Shown: piece after piece, positions 1 to 13,121 of the stretch
How positions within the stretch are numbered: position 1 is the first letter of the stretch
Layout: the number at the start of each line of letters is the position of its first letter
Source: Obrimoposthia wandeli
Lineage: Eukaryota
DNA: 64,000 nt
NCBI GenBank assembly: GCA_977020255.1
Contig: CDROCS010001915.1
Coordinates: 124,001 to 188,000, forward strand
Reading direction: 5' to 3'
Made by a program: the position numbers and the translations under genes
Notes under the pieces: model-generated
What the model saw: the letters and a program-made list of their open reading frames with translations, nothing else
Told to the model about the DNA's origin: nothing
Databases searched by the model: none

Positions 1-1521
1 AGCAAAACTCACAAAGTAAACAATTTGCAACAAATAAAGAAGTTATTCAACTTGGGAAAGACTATTTGGGAAATTACTCTACGTTCTTCAAAAATATAAC
101 ACTTTTAAAATATCAAACAAAGGTAGGCTTAAAAACGTTTGTATATTTAATATTTTAGGATATAAATATTTATTGTGATACTTTTTTTTAGCAAAAATAC
201 GGTAGAAAAAGTAAATATAATAATTTATTAGTTTTAAAAATCTTCGAAATTTGTTTGTAAATTTTGATTACTCTGTCTTTTTCGCAAGTAAATTTAATTA
301 AGTATATTTTCTAGTTCTATAAGCTTTTAACTACATTTTTTAAAAGTCCATTATTAATTTTTTTTAAATATGTACCTCAATTTTTAAAATTGAATATGAT
401 TGAATTATGTAAAATTTTATTTGGAAAAAATGGTTTAGTAAAAAATTATTTTCACAAACATTAACTACCTTCCAATCAATACAACAAGCTGTAAGTGAAA
501 AAATAAACGTGAAGCGAACGATATCAAAATGTGTAATGTTAATTGGAAAGTAGTTAAATGCTGATGGAAGAAATTTCTATAAAAAAATGGTTTTCACTCT
601 AAATTGTCTCATAATTCAATTTTCTAATTTATAATATTTGTGAATATACAATTTTAAACATTTGTTGCCATCATTGGTGCTTTGATATTTGTCATTTTAA
701 GAACGAACGTTCCTCACATTTGATGTCACAGGAAGTTTTTACATATCGTTAGTCTTGTTAGGATTAAGTTTTGACTAAATTAAAATAATTAATCATTTTA
801 TACTAAATTAAAAATCCTTGAAAGCAAGGTTATAATTAAAATAAAATTAATTATGAAATTAAAATTATAAAAATAAAACTATTGGGAAAATATTAGGACC
901 ACGAAGGTCATGTGTAAGCGTGTGTAGTATATATAGAAATTAAAATTAAAGCAAAAGGCCCCAAAGAAAGAAATTAATTCAGGAAGAAAAATTCAATTAA
1001 AGGAAAAATCAAGAAGTTAAAGTTCTAATTAAGAAAATATTTAAGTCGTACATCAGAGTCCACTTACCGGAGTCCATTAGCGACCGACGAGAAGACAACG
1101 ACCGAGAAGCAAGAGACGACAAATCCATTAGAAGTCTGGGAGCCAAGCAGAAAATCGAGATAAATCAAAACAAGAAACACTCACCGAATCTCTGAGAACC
1201 GAGCAGCAAGAGACGACAAATCCATTAGAAGTCTGGGAAATCAGCTGACAGAATCCAGCCATGAAGGTAGGAGCACTTAGTTTAAGTGCAAGTGATTTAT
1301 TTATTCTAGGAATCTGCGACAGGGAAAATTGAAACAGCCTCACCTGCTGAGAGACATATAAAAGCCAGTAAAGCTTTCCGAGGGACACAAAAAAGCACAG
1401 TATTGGAATTGCTCAAAGGGAAAAGAAATATTGTCAGCCGACATAAGAATATTAAATTTCGAGTCTGAGACCGAATCTGGAGGCCAACCAAGAGCCAAAA
1501 TATTAAGAAGGAGAGCAGCCG

Positions 1522-1752
1522 ACTCGCAGCGCCTCACAGCCAACTCGCTGCGCCTCACAGCCAACTTGCAGCGCCTCACAGCCAACTCGCAGCGCCTCAC
1601 AGCCAACTCGCAGCGCCTCACAGCCAACTCGCAGCGCCTCACAGCCAACTCGTAGCACCTCACAGCCAACTCCTAGCACCTCACAGCTAACTCACAGCGC
1701 CTCCCAGACAACTCGCAGCGCCTCACAGACAACTCGCAGCACCTCGCAGACA
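1522..1752. repeat. 21-bp tandem repeat (gcagcgcctcacagccaactc), about 11 units
   Basis: Read directly. Only about 6 units in the paralogue at 46630..46765. Explains the repetitive ORFs 1340..1669 and 1431..1655. Confidence 0.95.
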
Positions 1753-1787
1753 CCAGTAGCCCAAATTAAAGGTATAGAATCACGGAG

Positions 1788-2125
1788 CGTTTTGGAAATA
1801 TTCATATAATTGCCCATTTATTGAATTTATCGTTTTGGAAATATTCATATAATTGCCCATTTATTGAAGTTATAGTTTTGGAAATATTCATATAAATTGC
1901 CTATTTATTGAAGTTATCGTTTTGGAAATATTCATATAATTGCCCATTTATTGAAGTTATAGTTTTGGAAATATTCATATAATTTGCCCATTTATTAAAG
2001 TTATCGTTTTGGAAATATTCATATAATTTGCCCATTTATTGAAGTTATCGTTTTGGAAATATTCATATAATTTGCCCATTTATTGAAGTTATAGTTTTGG
2101 AAATATTCATATAATTTGCCCCTTT
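1788..2125. repeat. 43/44-bp tandem repeat (cgttttggaaatattcatataattgcccatttattgaagttat), about 8 units
   Basis: Period 43-44 read directly; about 9-10 units in the paralogue at 46801..47208. Confidence 0.95.
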
Positions 2126-2899
2126 ATTAGAGTTGTAATTATGAAATTAGAAACTGGGTAGTTGATAGCAAGCTTGTGTGTAAGCAAAGTTGGATGTGAG
2201 CGAGAATGCTCTCATGAAGCGACAAAATCAGAATTAAAACTCAAAACCTGCAAAGATTCCTACGAAAATAAGTATTACCGGTATTCCATGATTCTTAAAT
2301 TTATTTAAAAATAATGGCGAATATGGGAAATTGATCGAATAAAATTTTATTCACAGAATTTACCAAGAAATGAATTTTGAGGCGAATAAAATAAATTAGA
2401 AGGATACGACAATTGCGGGTTAGAGAGATTAAAACAACTCAAAACCGACAAAGATACTTTAGAAAATAAGTTGTCTTTACCGGTATTCTAGCATTGAACT
2501 TGCAAATTCTTTGAATCGTAGACAGCCTCAACCATACCCTCAAACCTTCTTACTTTTCAAAGCCCTTTCATCTACTGATGACCACACCCTTTTATGAGTG
2601 CTGCTTTATCATATAATCTCTCAAAACCTCTTAATTCTAAGCGTCTCCGACCACAAATCTTCAATTTTATCAGTAATGTGACAGTAACTCTATGTTGCGT
2701 ACACATGATTTAATACTAACCTAGAATCAACTCAGTTTTCTGGTCATGTAGTCGAATTCAGAAAGTAATTACATAGGGTTTGATTTAAAAGCAAACGACG
2801 AAAATCGCAACAATTTAATTTGATCAACAAATAATTTTTCATAATTTTATAATTTCTGAATGATATAATGAGCAATATATTTTCAATGGGATTCAGATC

Positions 2900-3330
2900 C
2901 TTCCGGTGGTGGATTTAATACTAAAGTGTTGTGGAATTGAAAGCAGAAAATAAGGGAGATAATTGTTGTAAAAGATATTAAAGCATTTTTTTGGTGGAAT
3001 CGATACAATGAAAACATTCGGGATAAAGCTGCAAGAAGTATGCTATTTGGACTCGCGTTACATGATGTAAAAGTTTTCCCCGAAAGAAAGAAGATATGCG
3101 TTATATTGATGCGTTTGCAAAAATATTGATGTGGTCTAAATTTGATTTAGGATATATCGAAATTGTCTCCCATAAAATGGAGACTATTGATGATCCCATT
3201 TATCAAAATCTCAAACGACAAGCAATACATTTAGAAAACCAAGTTGATGAAATGATTAAAAATTTACTGAAAGTAAACGTAATTAGGCGTTGTAAAATTT
3301 CTTGGAACTCGCTACTGGTCATGTGAAGAA
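2900..3330 (+). pseudogene. Degenerate Ty3/Gypsy pol fragment (start of RT domain)
   Basis: DLGYIEIVSHKMETIDDPIYQ...VDEMIKNLLKVNVIRRCKISWNSLLVM resembles the gypsy RT N-terminus (DLG..VKHKI.T.D.P..Q...+DEML..GVI.PS.SPWNSP+V+V). Paralogues at about 48700..49140 (+) and 63490..63920 (-). Confidence 0.65.
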
Positions 3331-5226
3331 ACGAGAAATTGAAACCATTGTTCATTGGAACTTTTGAAAGCTATTAATAAAACAAGTGTTGATACAATTA
3401 TTAAGAATTATTTTAGAATTCAAACAATTTTTGACTTAATTTTTGAGTAAATGTACGCATTAAAGTCAAGGATTATTTAGTGACTTTTATTGGCATTCTT
3501 TCTGTTTTATCACTAATTTAAAATTTAAGAAACGTACAATATCAAATATTTTAATAGTAAAAGTATTATTCAAATTTATTAATGACATGTAAGTTTTCAC
3601 ATTAATTTTTTAGTCTATAATTTAATAATTCACACTAAAATCAAAGAATATCGTATGACTTTATATAGAATTAAAATGTTTTGACCTAATTTACATTCTT
3701 GTTTTTAATTTTAAAATATGTTTTTTACACAAAATGTTGCATTGTTTTTACTTTTGATTCGAATTTGGAATATATAAATTTGAAACACTCGTAGCGAATT
3801 TTATTGAAATGAAATATTTAAATTGAGTCAATGCATTTGTGGTATTAGATCATGTACCTGAACATTTATTGCCAAAATTTTAAGTTATTTTTAATTTTAA
3901 TCGTCGAGTTATGGAAATAACCGCGAAAATACAGCTATAGACAAATAATCTGTGCTTCATGTTCCAAAAGTCAAATCAGGACTTTGGATTCTGACTTATA
4001 ACAGTACAAAAAGAAGCTAGCTAAGATGTCATTGAAGCTCTGGAAATTTATGTTAATGTACTAGCAAAGAAGATTAAATCAACAGATAGCAAACTTTCCA
4101 ACAAAATGTGAGTCGCTCTTTAAATTCAGATAAATGTTTATACAATTTAATGTAAGCAATTAATTTTTTGTTATCTCCTTAACCGAGAAGTTGTTTATAT
4201 AGTACAACGACACTCCGACAGTTTTAGTTAGCATTTTATATTGAATATCTATATATGTAGCTGCGAAGATTATGTTTTCCAGTCGGATTTAAAAAAATAA
4301 TAAATTTCTGATATGGTTGGGGATTCCTATCAGTTATTCTGGGGTCCCCAATGCGAGTTCTATAACGATAACGTCATCCTTTAGCAGCCGGGACTCATCA
4401 AAAACAATTTTTCACTGACTAATAAAACTCCGATGGATCTGAAATTTGGCAAGCAAGTTGTGATCGATGTCTGGCCACTATTTCCAAAGTTTGTTCACAC
4501 ATATTTATTCCTTCCGGAGATATTCTCCCGCAAAGCAGCTTCTACCAGCATTTATACATTTCTGAAAGTACATTTTATTAAGGGATCTGTGTATTCACGG
4601 AGTCTTTTGGAGTGATTTGCAAAATGGTAAAAAGGATTTTATCGCTTTGGCCCTTACCCACAAAGAATACTTCGTTCATTAATATTTTATTTAAATACCA
4701 TTTTCAAAATATCGTACTCGGTATGATTTAAGAATCGTTTTATTTACATTTTCCTTTCTAAGCTATTTAGGATTATTATTTCTTCAGCAAATTATAGCTA
4801 CATTTTACATGCATTTTGAAAGTTGATTTTATTAATAGTAAACATAACAACATTTTTAAACTCATTTTAAACAATCTATTTATGCAACAATTTATCAAAC
4901 ATGGATCGGAATTTTTTAAATCAATTTAGAGAACAGTTCAACATATATTTACAAAAAATCTATATAAATCCTTCTCGACCAAAATGAATCCAGATGTCTG
5001 CAAATAGAGATGAGTTCAATTTCTTAGAGGGATCATTTTATATCAAAAAAGAAAATAAAAATATGTTTAACAAATATGTTTTTTTATAAATTCGATTTTT
5101 ACGATAATTGGAAATAAAACTTCGATTGATTTGCATTTTAACAAATTAAAACATTCTTATACTAAACTTATTCACATTTACACAAATTTTAAATTTATAT
5201 AGATTCTTATTTATATTAATACTTTT

Positions 5227-5640
5227 TTATTTGCAAATATCGCATGTAAACTTGATGTTGTCCAGGTCATCTTCATCATTAACTCCACAACAGCCCTGGT
5301 GGAACCATGCATTGCAGTTGTCACAGGCAATTTGTTAATATACGATTTTCTTAATATACATTGTTATAAAATACTTACCTAGTAACTTTAAAGAATTTAA
5401 ATTAACATACCCATTTGTCGACATTAGTGCTGGTTCTGGAACTCTGTCGCTTTGCACATATGGTGCAAAATCCTCTATCAAAACTGTTTGGATTTTCTGT
5501 ATTGAAATAAAATTTTAAAAAAATTGAAAAAAACATTTTAATAATGTACATAAATATATGTTAATCTTAAACTTACCAGAAGCTGCAACTAATACGTCGG
5601 CTATTTGATTTCTAAGTAAGGTCATGGACCTTTCATTTTT
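5227..5640 (-). pseudogene. Spliced PHD-finger exons (C-terminus of a Ulp1-PHD gene)
   Basis: Joining GT..AG-bounded exons gives GFCTICAKRQSSRTSTNVDKW/IACDNCNAWFHQGCCGVNDEDDLDNIKFTCDICK*, a C4HC3 PHD pattern. Copies at about 51250..51650 and 60990..61386. Confidence 0.8.
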
Positions 5641-6222
5641 CGAAAAAAATAAATGTTCTCCTGTCATCAAACGCCGTAATAACTGAATGTTAAAAAAGTT
5701 ATATGAAACTCACGATAATCTGTGTAGCCGTAACAGAATGCAATATATGATCATTGGAACCCAAAATTGTGCTAAGATATTCTTCTATAGCCTGAATATG
5801 AAAATCGAGGTTAGTGAATTGATTAAAAAATAAAATTTGAAGTAAGTGATTTCGTAAAATAGGTTCATTAAAATTTGAAAAAAAAAACACTTACATATAC
5901 ATCAATCCATCCAGAACCAATCAATTGTGCATAGTTTGAATGTGGTACCGCGTAGCCATTTACTAAGTAACGATATAAATATCTGGTGCACTCAAATCAA
6001 GGCCCTTATTTTGTATCAATGTAACATCTGAAATTCAAGAAAAAAATTTAATGAAATCATATTTATTTATTGACTGTTACTTGCATAAATTATACTCAAA
6101 TATTTAACATATACGAACCTTTGTTTTCAGTATGCAAAGAAGATTGAATTTCATATTTTTTCTGTTAACTTTTTCTTCGACCTGTCATAAAAAATTACAA
6201 AATTAATTCAATAAGTAGTTTA

Positions 6223-8467
6223 TTATATATGAAAGGCTTTACTAAAATTCAAATATTGTAATAACAAATAAGCGCAACATTTACTGAAACTGTTATACAT
6301 AATAATAAAAATACTACTAACGTTTGACTTTGAATGAATTTGTAATAGACTCGAAAGCTGGCCGCATGTAGTTTGATCATCTTCGTTTATTCCATTTTTC
6401 TGTCGCAAAGGTTTGAGAATTTTTGGTTGCCTTCTTCTTTTTAAATTTTGGTATTCCTCTTGAGAAGCGATTACACTTTTGTAATATAGTTTCATAATAT
6501 CCAGTTATGAAAGAGCCTAATCTAGTCCTTCTTAGTTTAAGAAATTTTTCTTTTATTATTGAAAACCAGTTTTCAGCATCCGCATTGCTATGAAATTCAT
6601 TTGGAAGATTAGGAAGAATTAATATTATAATTTGGCATATAAGAGGTATTATAGCCAGCCAATGCTTTCTCAGGTACTGAAATGCTTCTATATTAAATTA
6701 TTAATTTTCTCTGTTTTTGTGATCTTCTGTTTCCAACAAAACCGGGGATATTGAATCAACTCAACTAAGCCATGGCGATTAATCAATGGCATTTTCTTCT
6801 TCGGCATATACAGCTTTGTTTCATTTTCTTTATTCTCTAAATCCCACTTCTCTGTGCCCTCTATTTCACCATTAAGTCGATTTATTGCGCAACTAACTGT
6901 TTCAGTTTCATATTTTGACATCAATAGTGCCGTGACATTATGAACAATTCCTTGAATCTGATTTATTGTTCTCGCTTGTATAAGTGCACCCATTGCACAA
7001 CAAATATATTCGTGTTGGTCTGTATTCTTAAAAAATCAACGAGTTTTTCTACATACAGCATGCATGAAGTGATTGGAACATACAAAGACTCCGCAATTTA
7101 TTGTTTCGGAACCAACACTCTTATCAAGTAAACTGTTGAATGTAGCATGCAGATACTTTTCAATATTTGTATTAATAAAAGAAAGTAATGTGGAATGAAT
7201 TAATTGATTCTGTTGTATGTTCTACAGTAATAAGATCACCTACAGAAATTGGAGGTTCGCCTTTTATTGGATTTGAAATTACTGTTGAATATAACAGAAT
7301 CCGCTTCTCTATATTTGTTTTTTTTGATTAACTGGCCGGTTGCATTTAATTTTAATACGGTACTTTTCAATAAACGAAGCTGTCTCTCACAAAATAAAAC
7401 AACTCCGAATTCAGATATACGAATAGATTGTATGAAGCCCCTATACAATTGAGACGATTGATCTGCTGAAATCATCCATTGTTGATAGCTGAGCAACTCC
7501 TTGAAAATATCGCCGTTGAGTTTTTCTTGATTTCTCATCAAAGTTGCCAGTCTACGCATAACTCCAGGAGATGTAGTCCGATTAAAATTCCCAGCTGTTA
7601 TTTTCCTAGGCTCCAGTTGATAAACTAACTGTTCAAAACATTCTGATGGTTGGGTACCAGTTTTTCAATGAATACCTGTGCTTCTGATTCTGACGTTCTC
7701 CTGAATCTTACTTCATCGAGTGGGTGATTTCTTCAACCTTAAATGTTTATCCTGATACTTAAATTTCCTGAGGATTTTATTACGTCAAGTTTTTGAATTT
7801 CTTAAAGGAACTTCCGGCAATTTGGAAAAGTGCAATACATGCTGCATTAAACATACCATTGATTTTATGATATTTTCTGGAAGTCATTGATGAAACTTCT
7901 GAACGTTTAAAGGCTAACACACAGATATTTTTCTTCAATAATTTTTATGATTACCTCTTTGAATTTTGTACAAATAAACCATATGCCTTTTGACTTTTGT
8001 ACAGGCTTAATTGAATTCCACTTAGTTCGATCTATATCCATCTTTTCTTTATACACTTCAATAGAATTTGTATTTTGAATTTCACAAAAGTCCTCTCTGA
8101 TACTATTTGTTTGTTCAGAGTCCGGAGAACCTTCTTCAATGTTCGTTATAGTTAAGATTGCCTTTCGAGATATATTGCCGTTTTCAATTTTTGTATCCAT
8201 TGTATTTGAAAGTTCTTTGTCTTTTAGTAAATTGGAATTCTTGTTTCTGCTCCAATAAATATATAAAAATTTTCGGTTTAAAAGAACGTTTGTGTAACCC
8301 AATCTTCTAACAATTTTTCCCAACACATAATTTCTGTTCGTTGGTCCTTCTTCGTAGTTTCCCACTGTTTCTTTTACTGCCAAATGAAAATCATTTTCAT
8401 TGAAGTTTGCACCAGAAAGCTGAAAGGGTAGATTAATATTACATATATAATGGCTAAGGGGATACAA
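6223..8467 (-). pseudogene. Mutator-like (MULE) transposase, frameshifted
   Basis: Successive fragments: GFIQSIRISEFGVVLFCERQLRLL..LKLNATG (DATG-type first Asp, mutated), VCSNHFMH (CxxH), and SNADAENWFSIIK (Glu motif). Confidence 0.65.
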
Positions 8468-8964
8468 ATTTGATTACTATAAATCTATATCAAAAACAAT
8501 CAACATCAAAAGAAATTAACTGACAAAAATCTTAAATTAAAATCTGAATCTCCTATTTATCTGACATTTTTGTCGCTCGGTGATAAAATATTTTCCTCGT
8601 CAAATGTATTGTTGGTAGTAATGTACATAAACGATCATTTAAATAAAAAAATAGACAATACATTAATAATATTCTAATAAAAATTTTGAAGAGTTAATGA
8701 ACGGCTTTTTAGTTAATATTTAAATAACTTTATTTGGTCAAGAAATCATATCATACTTAATATACAATAATAACTAAACCTAAAAGTTAAAAATCATAAT
8801 TTTTTTCAAACATTTATAAAATGTAAACACATCTAATAACATATGCAAATATACTTAACTAGTAACTTCAAAGAATTTAAATTAACATACCCATTTGTCG
8901 ACATTAGTGCTGGTTCTGGAACTCTGTCGCTTTGCACATATGGTGCAAAATCCTCTATCAGGAC

Positions 8965-11502
8965 TAGGGGTCAAACATTACCGGTGTTTTCAATTAACGG
9001 TAAATTACCGACAGCTATATATCATTACCGGTATTTACCGGTTTTTCCTAATTATTTATTTTTTTGCTGTATAGGTAGTTTTTAGGTGCGTATTTATAAG
9101 GAGTTCACAAATAAAATACTTAGTTTTCACATTATAATTTTATATTGAATATTCGAACAAAAGTTGAACTCAAACAGTAAATTAAAAAACAAAACAAACT
9201 TTGAAAAATGACTAAAAACTATAATTTCCTTTGGTTATTAAATAATAAATTTATTATTTAATAACCAAGCATTATTTGTTATTATAAAAACAGCGCAGAA
9301 AGCTCAATGTATCCAATGTCTTCGGAGCTAATTGTGAACGAAGCTTAGTTAAAAAATATCCTGCCACAGAGAAAGCCCGTTCTGATTCTACACTAGTGGC
9401 TTTAATAGTCAGCAATGACTGATACAGCAATTCAAGATTTTCTGTTTGCTTTCTAGTTGCCTCATAAAATTTCATTTCATTCATTAGATTGACATCAGAA
9501 GGCTGAGATAGCTTGACTCTTTTATTTTTATAAGTAACTTCATCTTCATACCTTTTAAGCAATGGATCAGTAATTTCATGTGCTGAAGAATCGTGAAAGA
9601 CCTCGATAGAGTCGTGAAACCTTTCTTCTTCTTGAGTTTCCACCTTTAATGGATACAATCTTTTGAATGTTGCTACTGCCAGTTTCTTGACATTTTTAGG
9701 CGTAGGCAAATTAAAAAGATCGGCCGTATCATTTGGATGTAAATCATGTAATATATCAGGGTCTAACAAGTACTTGATTAATCCAATTACTGTCTCCAAT
9801 CTTCTTGATGTATAGCGCTTATGCAAGCTTTCTTCTAATTTTAAAGCCAATATAGAACTTTGAGATTTTAATTCACTCATAACAAATTTCATTGATTGTT
9901 CTCCTTTCAAAATTGTAGCATCTTCTGTAGAGAGTCCCTTGATGACAATTTCAAAAGGTCGGAGCATTTGTACAAGATCCTTTAAATATCTCCATTCGTT
10001 CTTAGTAATTACTTCAGAAATTTTACATCTTCTTAAAGCAGCGGGAATACATTTCTTCAGTTCACAAAATATCTTAATCATTGCAATGGTGCTATTCCAT
10101 CTTGTTTCGGTATCCAGGATTAATTTCATCTCTTTTTTCATGTTAGCTTTAACAATCTCCTGCAGATAATCATTTTTTAAAGGTGACTTTCTAAAGGCCT
10201 TGCAGATTTTATGAACTTTTGAAATTATCTCATCATGGTTACCTTGATTAATTAGAGGACTGTCTACATGTTGAACGTCTTCACTAACAAATGCCATATC
10301 CAAAGGAATACTACAATCGTCCCAATCTTCAAGAATTTGATTTAATTCTTCCTCATTTGTGTTAGTTATTTCCGTTTCCTCTTCTACAAGTTGCTTTTTT
10401 CCATAGAAAATATCACAAATACTCAGGTGACAAGCATGTACAAGACACAGTTGATGGATAAATTGGTTTTCTCTACCAAACTTGACCATTAATGAAGCTC
10501 CGTCTGTAGTAACACCTACTACATGGCAATCTAAGTCTAAATTAAATTCATTTAATCTTCCTTTAACAAGAGTAGTAACTTTATTGCTGTTTAGAGAACC
10601 TGAAATTACTATTAGTCCAAGAGACCAATATTTATCCTTATCATGCACATTAATATTCATGAAGCGTCGATTCTGTGAAGAAGTATACCCATCGATAGTA
10701 AGTGAAAACCGGTGGCCATTTTGAATTTGATTTGAGAAGTATTTAGCTAATATTGCCTTCTCTGTTTCATGATGTTTTATAACCGAGTTTTTAACACCAG
10801 TTCCAGTACTTGGTGGTATTTTGTCATAAGCAGTTGTTGCCAAATGTCTTTGAATAAATTCGCTTGATGCAATTTGTTTAAAGCTAAGCCCATCCTTGCA
10901 TGTCATTATTGCAATTTCATTATCAAGAGACTTCTTGGCTAAATATTTATCTAAAGTATTACTATTAATGCTTTTACTGGAGTGATCTGTTTCATCTTCA
11001 CTAGTTATATTATGAACTTTACTCGTATAGGCCTTCAAGCCAGAAGTTGAACCGCCAACACATTTAAGTCCTTTTTTGCATTGTAAACATTCTGCTTCGT
11101 CTTTACTTTTTCTTAAAAAATACTGCCACACATTTGATTTCTTTTTACTCATAATGGGGGATTGTAAAATTTTCAATAAATTGAATTCAAATGTACTATA
11201 ATGAAGAAGTTATGCAAGGCTTCAGTATGAAGTTATGAACGTTATCAAATTTAGCTAGTATACAGAGACACTGGCAAGCAGAGAGCAGAAATCACGCACA
11301 GCACAACCACTCTGACTGAGTGACTGTATTCAATTTGGAAACCAGGACATAAGTCACATAACCTAGCTGCCTATTAATAAAGGTTTTTCCTAATAATTAA
11401 AATAAATGTATATTACCGGTAATAAGGCTTCCGGTACCGGTAAATATAATGTTTTTCATTACCGGTAATAACCGGTAAAATATTGCCGGTGTTTACTCAC
11501 TA
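8965..11502 (-). mobile_element. hAT DNA transposon, about 2.54 kb
   Basis: Imperfect TIRs (taggggtcaaac / gtttactcacta), many subterminal taccggta motifs, degenerate 8-bp TSD atcaggac (8957..8964) / atgaagac (11503..11510). The empty site atcaggactgtttgg is seen at about 12366. Confidence 0.88.
9272..11152 (-). CDS. hAT transposase (BED finger, DDE core, C-terminal dimerisation domain)
   Basis: Uninterrupted ORF. SNVWQYF..AECLQCKK..GGSTSGL (BED, first His altered), LTIDGYTS, TTDGAS, CLVHACHL, TETRWNST, ATSVESERAFS. First ATG at 11152. Confidence 0.92.
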   Translation of the reverse strand: MSKKKSNVWQYFLRKSKDEAECLQCKKGLKCVGGSTSGLKAYTSKVHNITSEDETDHSSKSINSNTLDKYLAKKSLDNEIAIMTCKDGLSFKQIASSEFIQRHLATTAYDKIPPSTGTGVKNSVIKHHETEKAILAKYFSNQIQNGHRFSLTIDGYTSSQNRRFMNINVHDKDKYWSLGLIVISGSLNSNKVTTLVKGRLNEFNLDLDCHVVGVTTDGASLMVKFGRENQFIHQLCLVHACHLSICDIFYGKKQLVEEETEITNTNEEELNQILEDWDDCSIPLDMAFVSEDVQHVDSPLINQGNHDEIISKVHKICKAFRKSPLKNDYLQEIVKANMKKEMKLILDTETRWNSTIAMIKIFCELKKCIPAALRRCKISEVITKNEWRYLKDLVQMLRPFEIVIKGLSTEDATILKGEQSMKFVMSELKSQSSILALKLEESLHKRYTSRRLETVIGLIKYLLDPDILHDLHPNDTADLFNLPTPKNVKKLAVATFKRLYPLKVETQEEERFHDSIEVFHDSSAHEITDPLLKRYEDEVTYKNKRVKLSQPSDVNLMNEMKFYEATRKQTENLELLYQSLLTIKATSVESERAFSVAGYFLTKLRSQLAPKTLDTLSFLRCFYNNK

Positions 11503-11689
11503 ATGAAGACTGTTTGGATTTTCTGTATTGAAATAAAATTTTAAAAAAATTGAATAAAAAACATTTTAATAATGTACATAAATATATGTTAATCTTAAAC
11601 TTACCAGAAGCTGCAACTAATACGTCGGCTATTTGATTCCTAAGTAAGGTCATGGACCTCTCATTTGTCGAAAAAAATAAATGTTCTCC

Positions 11690-12270
11690 TGTCATCAAAC
11701 GCCGTAATAACTGAATGTTAAAAAAAGTTATATGAAACATATTTATTTGATTACTTCACAAATTATGATCCCACAAATGACGGAATCTGTCTGAGTCGAA
11801 TGTCGTTGCGTCGCTGCAGCATACTTTACGCCAGTAAATTTCCTGTGATATAATATGTCATTTACGTTCTTCATTGTGAATTATAAACAAGTATACCTCA
11901 GATTTGACAGCTGTAATTCTTTTCACCCAATGGATCCACAAAAATCACTTTGGTTGCTTCATTGTCAATTAGTAGCCCTGTCCAGTGTCCCCCTCCGTTG
12001 ACAGCAGCCAAAATATTTCGTGCATTGTTGATTTGCTGAAGAGTCTGAAAAATTTTAAAAGTCAATAAATTTCATAAATTATTTTAAAAAATGAAGCAAA
12101 TTCCTTTAAAATATAAATTATATTTACAACCTTCAGTCGATCTTCAGAATTTCGCATATCTGCACTCACGATAATCTGTGTAGCCGTAACAGAATGCAAT
12201 ATATGATCATTGGAACCCAAAATTGTGCTAATATATTCTTCTATAGCCTGAATTTAAAAATCAAGGTTAG
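11690..12270 (-). pseudogene. Ulp1/SENP-like (C48) cysteine protease exons
   Basis: Spliced translation gives NGGGHWTGLLIDNEATKVIFVDPLG and HSTQTDSVICGIIICE (His, Asp, Gln, Cys arrangement of C48 proteases). Upstream of the same exons that lead into the PHD finger. Confidence 0.72.
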
Positions 12271-12929
12271 TGCAAGGCTTTTTTTACGCCTTGCCGATTT
12301 TACGAACATTTGAACTTTTGGCTCTGGAACTCTGTCGCTTTGCACATATGGTGCAAAATCCTGTATCAGGACTGTTTGGATTTTCTGTATTGAAATAAAA
12401 TTAAAAAAAAGATTTTAATAATGTACATAAATATATGTTAATCTTAAACTTACCAGAAGCTGCAACTAATACGTCGGCTATTTGATTCCTAAGTAAGGTC
12501 ATGTACCTCTCATTTGTCGAATTTTTTTCATCATAAATCATAATTTTTTTAAACATTTATTTAATGTAAACACATCTAATAACATATGCGTTATAACATA
12601 AATTAAACATGAAAACGAATGCACAAACTTAACCAAATGAAAACATTTCCCATTAAAATGCAGTCAAAAGTATAAAAAAGAATATATTAAATAATTTTAA
12701 AAAATAAACTAAAACACAAAAAGGTTATAATTTAAAAAATTAAAAATCTAATTAAATTAAGAAATAATTTTACCTTACGAAATCCGCTAACAAAAAAAAA
12801 AATTATTGACTACCAGTAACGGTAACAAAAACAAAATAATTTTCCGATCCATGATAAATTATAGCGTAAATAGATTTTTAAAAATCTGGTTATGTTTACT
12901 ATTAATTAAAACATCTTTCAAAATGCGTG

Positions 12930-13035
12930 TAAAATGCCCTCATGGATTTACAAAAAAAATGCAATTTATGAAGCTTAAGCATTTTAGTGGAGGATGGAGA
13001 ATGAGAATAGCCCTCACTAGAGCTCTCTTTGTGAA
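12930..13035 (+). pseudogene. Short fragment of an ABC-F (ABCF2-like) host gene
   Basis: [32 protein letters not shown] matches the ABC-F signature ([20 protein letters not shown]+ALARALF). Copies at about 52070..52170 (+) and 60460..60560 (-). Confidence 0.8.
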
Positions 13036-13121
13036 ACTGTCGAATAAGCAGTATCTGTAGCAGCAACCCGATCTTGAGAAATAGTAGCAAGAGAAGCAGT
13101 CATATTACTATGAGCTCTATC

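Larger units (their letters stand above)
756..2125 (+). mobile_element. Solo-LTR-like element, 3' part deleted in this copy
   Basis: Starts tgttaggattaag after agtct, homologous to the start of the elements at 44278 and 44821. The 3' end seen in copy 2 (about 47210..47708) is missing here. Confidence 0.75.

Noticed and set aside
1340-1669. ORFs with AVRRCEL / ANSQRLT repeats
   Set aside because: By-products of the 21-bp VNTR; unit number differs between paralogues and both strands are open.
1788-2125. Regular 43-bp array as a possible CRISPR
   Set aside because: Units are contiguous with no unique spacers, the context is a eukaryotic LTR, and there are no cas genes.
4300-4620. 60-aa ORF MDLKFGKQVV... 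present in all three cassette copies
   Set aside because: Conservation is explained by the recent duplication; the sequence looks like a non-coding MITE-type interior, and no termini could be defined.
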